NCBI GenBank assembly: GCA_032128875.1
Contig: JAVLKG010000007.1
Coordinates: 128,001 to 192,000 of the forward strand
DNA length: 64,000 bases
Source: Candidatus Melainabacteria bacterium 17Bon1m
GTDB lineage: Bacteria; Cyanobacteriota; Vampirovibrionia; Obscuribacterales; Obscuribacteraceae
Reading direction: 5' to 3'
A model generated the notes under the pieces. That model worked only from the letters and a program-made list of their open reading frames with translations. It made no database searches and was not told where the DNA came from. Numbering within the stretch: the first letter of the stretch is position 1; the number at the start of each line of letters is the position of its first letter. The translations under genes were made by a program, and so were the position numbers. Positions 60,036 to 64,000 of this stretch are shown piece by piece.

Positions 60036-61193
60036 TTAGCCGCCGCCGCCGCAACCGCCACCACCGCCGCCACCACAGCTGCTGCCGCCGCTGCTGCAGG
60101 ACGAGCCTGAGCTGGAGCTGCAAGAAGAGCCGGAGCTGGACGAGGAGCTGCAAGACGGCGTGCTGGGAGTGCTGCAGCTCGGAGCGACCGGAGGCACGTA
60201 GCCGCTGTCGCTGGAGCTGGAGCCGGAGTCGCGACGCGGTTCGTCGTCATTGCGACGAATGGTCTCGGAAAGCAGAACACCAGCAACGACGCCGGCGCCG
60301 GCAGCCGCAGCAGTGTTGATGCCATCGTTGTCGCCACGACGACGGTTGTCGTCATCGCCATCCGGTGCGTCGACACCACCGGCGGTGCCGCCAGTGCGGT
60401 TGCGACGGCTGTCGCTGAGGCGTCCTTCGAAGCCGCTGCCGGGCTTGCGCGTGGTCGGGCGAGCCGGAGGCGTGTAGGTCGAGGACGGACGGCGCGGCGG
60501 GAAGATGAGCCGTGCGAGGAGCGCGACGGCAATGACGCCGCCCGCAATGATCAGCAGAGTAGTGCCGATGCCCATGGAATTGTCTCCTTCGGTGGTGCCG
60601 GAAGTCGGCTGATTGCCGCCGCCGGAATTGGCAGGCGGATAAACTTTGGAGGTGACGATTGCGTTGAGGTTGTTGACGATGCGCACCGGAACGGATGCCG
60701 GATCGCTTGCGAGGTAGGAGCGAAGAACAGGCATGACGGGCCCGTTCGGATCATTCATCGTGGCGCGCATGATGCCGAGGTTATTGAGATAACCACCGGC
60801 GCGAACACCAACGGAAGTGAGCGTGTGCCTATCTCCGGTCATGAGGACGATGACGGCGCGGTCGGACTTGAACGCGACATCGGCGGTCCATCTGGTCCAG
60901 AGATTGCGCACCAGAACCGGTCCTGCCTGACGTGCATCACTGCCGGCATCGTCGCCCGAAGCCGTGATGATGACATACACGTCGAGATTGTGGACTCTTG
61001 CTGCATTTCCGATTTCGGTCTTGAACGCCTGCGTTGCGTATGTGCCCTCGAAGGACGCATCCACGCCGGGAGCGATATAGACCGTTTGTCCTGCATTGTA
61101 GGTTGGCAGCCAGCTCGTTTGAGCGGCAGCGGTTCCAACCAGTGCGAAGAACATCAGCAAGAGCAGCGGAATTGTGTTCAGCAGTCTTTTCAT
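60036..61193 (-). CDS. TPM-like domain membrane protein with Ser/Cys/Gly tail
   Basis: AGGAG SD; signal peptide; LDVYVII...LW..W...AVIVLM...VGVRAG (TPM-like); TM; tail ...SSCSSGGSSCGGGGGGGCGGGG. Confidence 0.8.
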   Translation of the reverse strand: MKRLLNTIPLLLLMFFALVGTAAAQTSWLPTYNAGQTVYIAPGVDASFEGTYATQAFKTEIGNAARVHNLDVYVIITASGDDAGSDARQAGPVLVRNLWTRWTADVAFKSDRAVIVLMTGDRHTLTSVGVRAGGYLNNLGIMRATMNDPNGPVMPVLRSYLASDPASVPVRIVNNLNAIVTSKVYPPANSGGGNQPTSGTTEGDNSMGIGTTLLIIAGGVIAVALLARLIFPPRRPSSTYTPPARPTTRKPGSGFEGRLSDSRRNRTGGTAGGVDAPDGDDDNRRRGDNDGINTAAAAGAGVVAGVLLSETIRRNDDEPRRDSGSSSSDSGYVPPVAPSCSTPSTPSCSSSSSSGSSCSSSSGSSCSSGGSSCGGGGGGGCGGGG

Positions 61194-61738
61194 GTGTGTA
61201 CTCCTGTTCAGGCGATTGCTAATCGCGCTGTTAGAGATTTCGTAACTCCGGCTTCGTTTCACCAAAACCACAAGACATGCAGACCCACCACACGAGAACA
61301 TGTGTGCGACTTCGCGCGGAAGTAGAGCTAAAGGGTTAGGAGTCTGGGAATTCGGTCTGGGTGCAGAGAAGAAGGAGTCACTTACTTTTCTGACAGAAAA
61401 TGACCCAAAGTACTTGTAAATAGAGCTGTTACAGTGATGCTTTACATCTTTCAATTAGCTTGCTCACAGGAGCGGAAGCTCTTACTGGTTGCGGCACATG
61501 AGAGATCGGTGTTCTCCAGCAACAATACTTGGAGCCAAAACAGCGAGAAAAATCAGAAAGCAAACCTCCTGTTGTCAAGAAACGCTAGGCAGCGCGAGCA
61601 TTGCTTCTTATTCAAATGTGGCTGTTAGATGCCTTTTCCAGTGCTTGATGTCAAGTGGTTGCGTGGTGCTGTTTCGCACAAAAGCAGCGCCGATGAAATG
61701 GCGCTAAAATCGCATCTACCGAGTAGGAGTTTCAAAAA

Positions 61739-62422
61739 ATGCAAGGTAGTTTGCTGCGGTCGATTTTGTTTGCTGGTGTTGCACTTTCCATCACAGCATG
61801 TAGTTCTGGTGGTGGTGGTGGAAGCACTACGGATTCAGCATCAACTGGCGGTGCCAGTGGACCAGAGCAACGCAAAGAAGGCATGAAGTTCGTCGATGCC
61901 GCATACAAACTCCGGACCGAAGGCAAGCTTCCAGAGTCGCTCGTCGAAATTGACAAAGCCATCGCACTTGATAAAAACAATTACTACGCCTGGCAATTGC
62001 GCGGTGATATCAACAGTGTTTTAAACAAAGCAGAAGACGCGATTGAAGATCTGAACAAGGCCATCGAGCTGAAACCTAGCGACCCGGCACTCTTCTACGC
62101 ACGCGGAAAGTACGAGGGGCAAGCAAGAAAGTTCGATGATGCGTTGAAAGATGCAGAGAAAGCCGTAAGTCTCGATCCGAAGAACATTGATTATTTGTAC
62201 ATGCGTGCCAGTGGTTATGCGATTGCACAGGAATACAAGAAAGCCGTTGCTGATGCGACGACTGTTCTCGGTTCTGACCCGAAAAATATGAATGCACTGC
62301 GACTGCGCTCTGTCTGCTATTTCAAATCAGGCAATAAAAAACTCTCGGCCTCTGATGACCGCGAATACCAAAGACTCGCGCGCAACAACGCCCGCGTCAT
62401 TCCAGTCAACGGAATGCAGTAA
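61739..62422 (+). CDS. TPR-repeat lipoprotein
   Basis: ITAC lipobox; TPR repeats (AIEDLNKAIELKP). Confidence 0.88.
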   Translation: MQGSLLRSILFAGVALSITACSSGGGGGSTTDSASTGGASGPEQRKEGMKFVDAAYKLRTEGKLPESLVEIDKAIALDKNNYYAWQLRGDINSVLNKAEDAIEDLNKAIELKPSDPALFYARGKYEGQARKFDDALKDAEKAVSLDPKNIDYLYMRASGYAIAQEYKKAVADATTVLGSDPKNMNALRLRSVCYFKSGNKKLSASDDREYQRLARNNARVIPVNGMQ

Positions 62423-62455
62423 GCGATCGGTTCAACGGAATGCAATAACCAATCC

Positions 62456-62508
62456 GTAGTGGAACCGCATGCGGCTCCCTGGCAGGGCGGCACTTGTGCC
62501 GCCCGTAC
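62456..62508. repeat. REP doublet
   Basis: GTAGTGGAACCGCATGCGGCTCCC...GGGCGGCACTTGTGCCGCCCGTAC. Confidence 0.65.
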
Positions 62509-63026
62509 TCATTTTGCTGTGTTGATGTCAAGCTGAACTAGTTATCGCGTTTGTTGAAGGGCGCATAGTCCGCTTGTTTTGCGGTTGTTTGTTCCTGTGT
62601 GAGTTGCGCCAATGGTTGAATGTAAACTGTCAAGTGGATAAGAGATCATGACAGAGACAGTGTTCTCGCGATCTCATTTCATCTTTCTTTGACTGTGTGA
62701 AGCAATGAAAAGATCGGGCGCGCGCGCGAATACGCGTGTTTCAGGCGAGTAAGTTATTACTCTTCCCCGTTTTATGTTTTTGCTCTCTTTCTCCTAGCTC
62801 GAATCAAGCCACTTCTCGTACTGCTTAGCAGTATCAGTAGCTACAAGCTACTGCGGAGCGGACTAGGTTTGAGTCGGTGAGCGAGACTTGGTAGATTTGG
62901 CAGTTGATGATTTGGTGTTTGCGCTCGGTTACTCCGACGTGTTTGTTCTTCACCAATCGTCTGCCACTCTAGTTTGCGCTTGTTTCTAATAGTGCAAACT
63001 GCAAGAACCCACGGGGTATCTGCAAG

Positions 63027-64000
63027 ATGAAGAAAACCTTCTTGCATTCGACAAATGTCTCCATCAATGCCTTGAAGCGTTGTTTCCTGCCATCGGGAGA
63101 TGAAGCAAACAACGTGGGGCAACCTGTCGCGAAGAAGAAAGCGCGACACAAACGAAGGATATCCCCTGCCATGTCTTCACTGATTTTCGGTGTCATGGTT
63201 ATCGGGTTGATCGTGTGGCTCATGCACAAATGCCAACCTACGCACGCACAAGTGCAAGAGTCCATCAAGCGTCAAGAGCGCGCGCAGGCGTTGCTCAAGA
63301 GCGAGATCAAGGTCCAAGTGACCAGCCCGACCAAGCGGCTTGCCGACGCAACTCCGCTCACCTGGCGTCCTTTCAAGGGCGTCGTCAATCACGATCTCAT
63401 CGAAGTGCTGCCCGCCAAGAAGTACCAGAAGATTCTCGGCTTCGGCGCTGCCTTTACCGATGCGGCTTGCTACATGTTCAAACAGCTCGAGCCGGAAGTC
63501 CGCGCCAAGCTGTTCCATGACCTGTTTCACCCGACGCAGCTCGGGCTGAACGTCAACCGCGTCTGCATGGGCGCCAGCGACTACGCGACCCATGAGTACA
63601 GCTACTGTGACAGCGACACGCCTGATCCGGAGCTGAAAAAGTTCTCCATCGCGCACGACACCAAGTGGATTCTTCCGATGGTGGAAGAGGCGCGCAAGGT
63701 GAACCCGGACATCTTCCTCTTCGCCTCGCCGTGGAGCCCTCCCGGCTGGATGAAGTCGAACAAGTCGATGCTCGGCGGCAACATGCAGCGGCAGTACATG
63801 CCGTCGTACGCCAAGTACTTCGTGCGCTTCCTCGACGCCTACAAGAAATACGGTGTGCCGATTCAGGCTGTCACTGTCAACAACGAAGTGGACACCGACC
63901 AGGACGGTCGCATGCCCGCTTGCTTGTGGCCGCAGGAATACGAAGTCGACTTCGTGAAGTGGCATCTCGGTCCCGCTCTGCGTGACGCGAAGATGGACAC
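63027..64000 (+). CDS. Glycoside hydrolase family 30 (partial, runs off window)
   Basis: Hand translation gives KYQKILGFGAAFTDAA, FASPWSPPGWMKSN and VTVNNE; start 63027 or 63171. Confidence 0.88.
   Translation, partial: MKKTFLHSTNVSINALKRCFLPSGDEANNVGQPVAKKKARHKRRISPAMSSLIFGVMVIGLIVWLMHKCQPTHAQVQESIKRQERAQALLKSEIKVQVTSPTKRLADATPLTWRPFKGVVNHDLIEVLPAKKYQKILGFGAAFTDAACYMFKQLEPEVRAKLFHDLFHPTQLGLNVNRVCMGASDYATHEYSYCDSDTPDPELKKFSIAHDTKWILPMVEEARKVNPDIFLFASPWSPPGWMKSNKSMLGGNMQRQYMPSYAKYFVRFLDAYKKYGVPIQAVTVNNEVDTDQDGRMPACLWPQEYEVDFVKWHLGPALRDAKMD

Noticed and set aside
62406-62444. 13-bp duplication TCAACGGAATGCA at the end of the TPR gene
   Set aside because: Short local duplication beside a REP; no further structure.

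Overview
Bacterial chromosome window spanning the replication origin: jag-yidC-yidD-rnpA-rpmH <> dnaA-oriC-dnaN, plus tRNA-Asp. The cyanobacterial-type YidC, TTTTCTACA-like DnaA boxes and the absence of photosynthesis genes in the window suggest a non-photosynthetic cyanobacterial relative such as Vampirovibrionia/Obscuribacterales. This is inference, not a database result. Left arm: a giant (>1970 aa, runs off the window) UvrD-like helicase fusion missing from the ORF track, an NpmA/KamB-type 16S rRNA m1A1408 methyltransferase preceded by a short upstream ORF, an orphan family-5 ABC binding protein, a GT2, and a TetR-EmrAB module with a perfect operator. Right arm: largely accessory genes, many GC3-rich. 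These include an IF1-like Cys-tailed small protein, twin hydrophobic micropeptides, TerD-vWA/AIM24, an FMN glutamate-synthase-family protein, M1 and M4 peptidases, an acyl-CoA dehydrogenase, MORN-variant-like paralogs, a CusA/CusB module bounded by a degenerate direct repeat, and a partial GH30. The best candidate for an undescribed system is 58877-61193. It is a three-gene unit in which a stand-alone GRDP/DUF1399-like protein sits between two membrane proteins ending in Ser-Cys-Gly low-complexity tails. All family calls come from motif recognition by eye; no searches were run.
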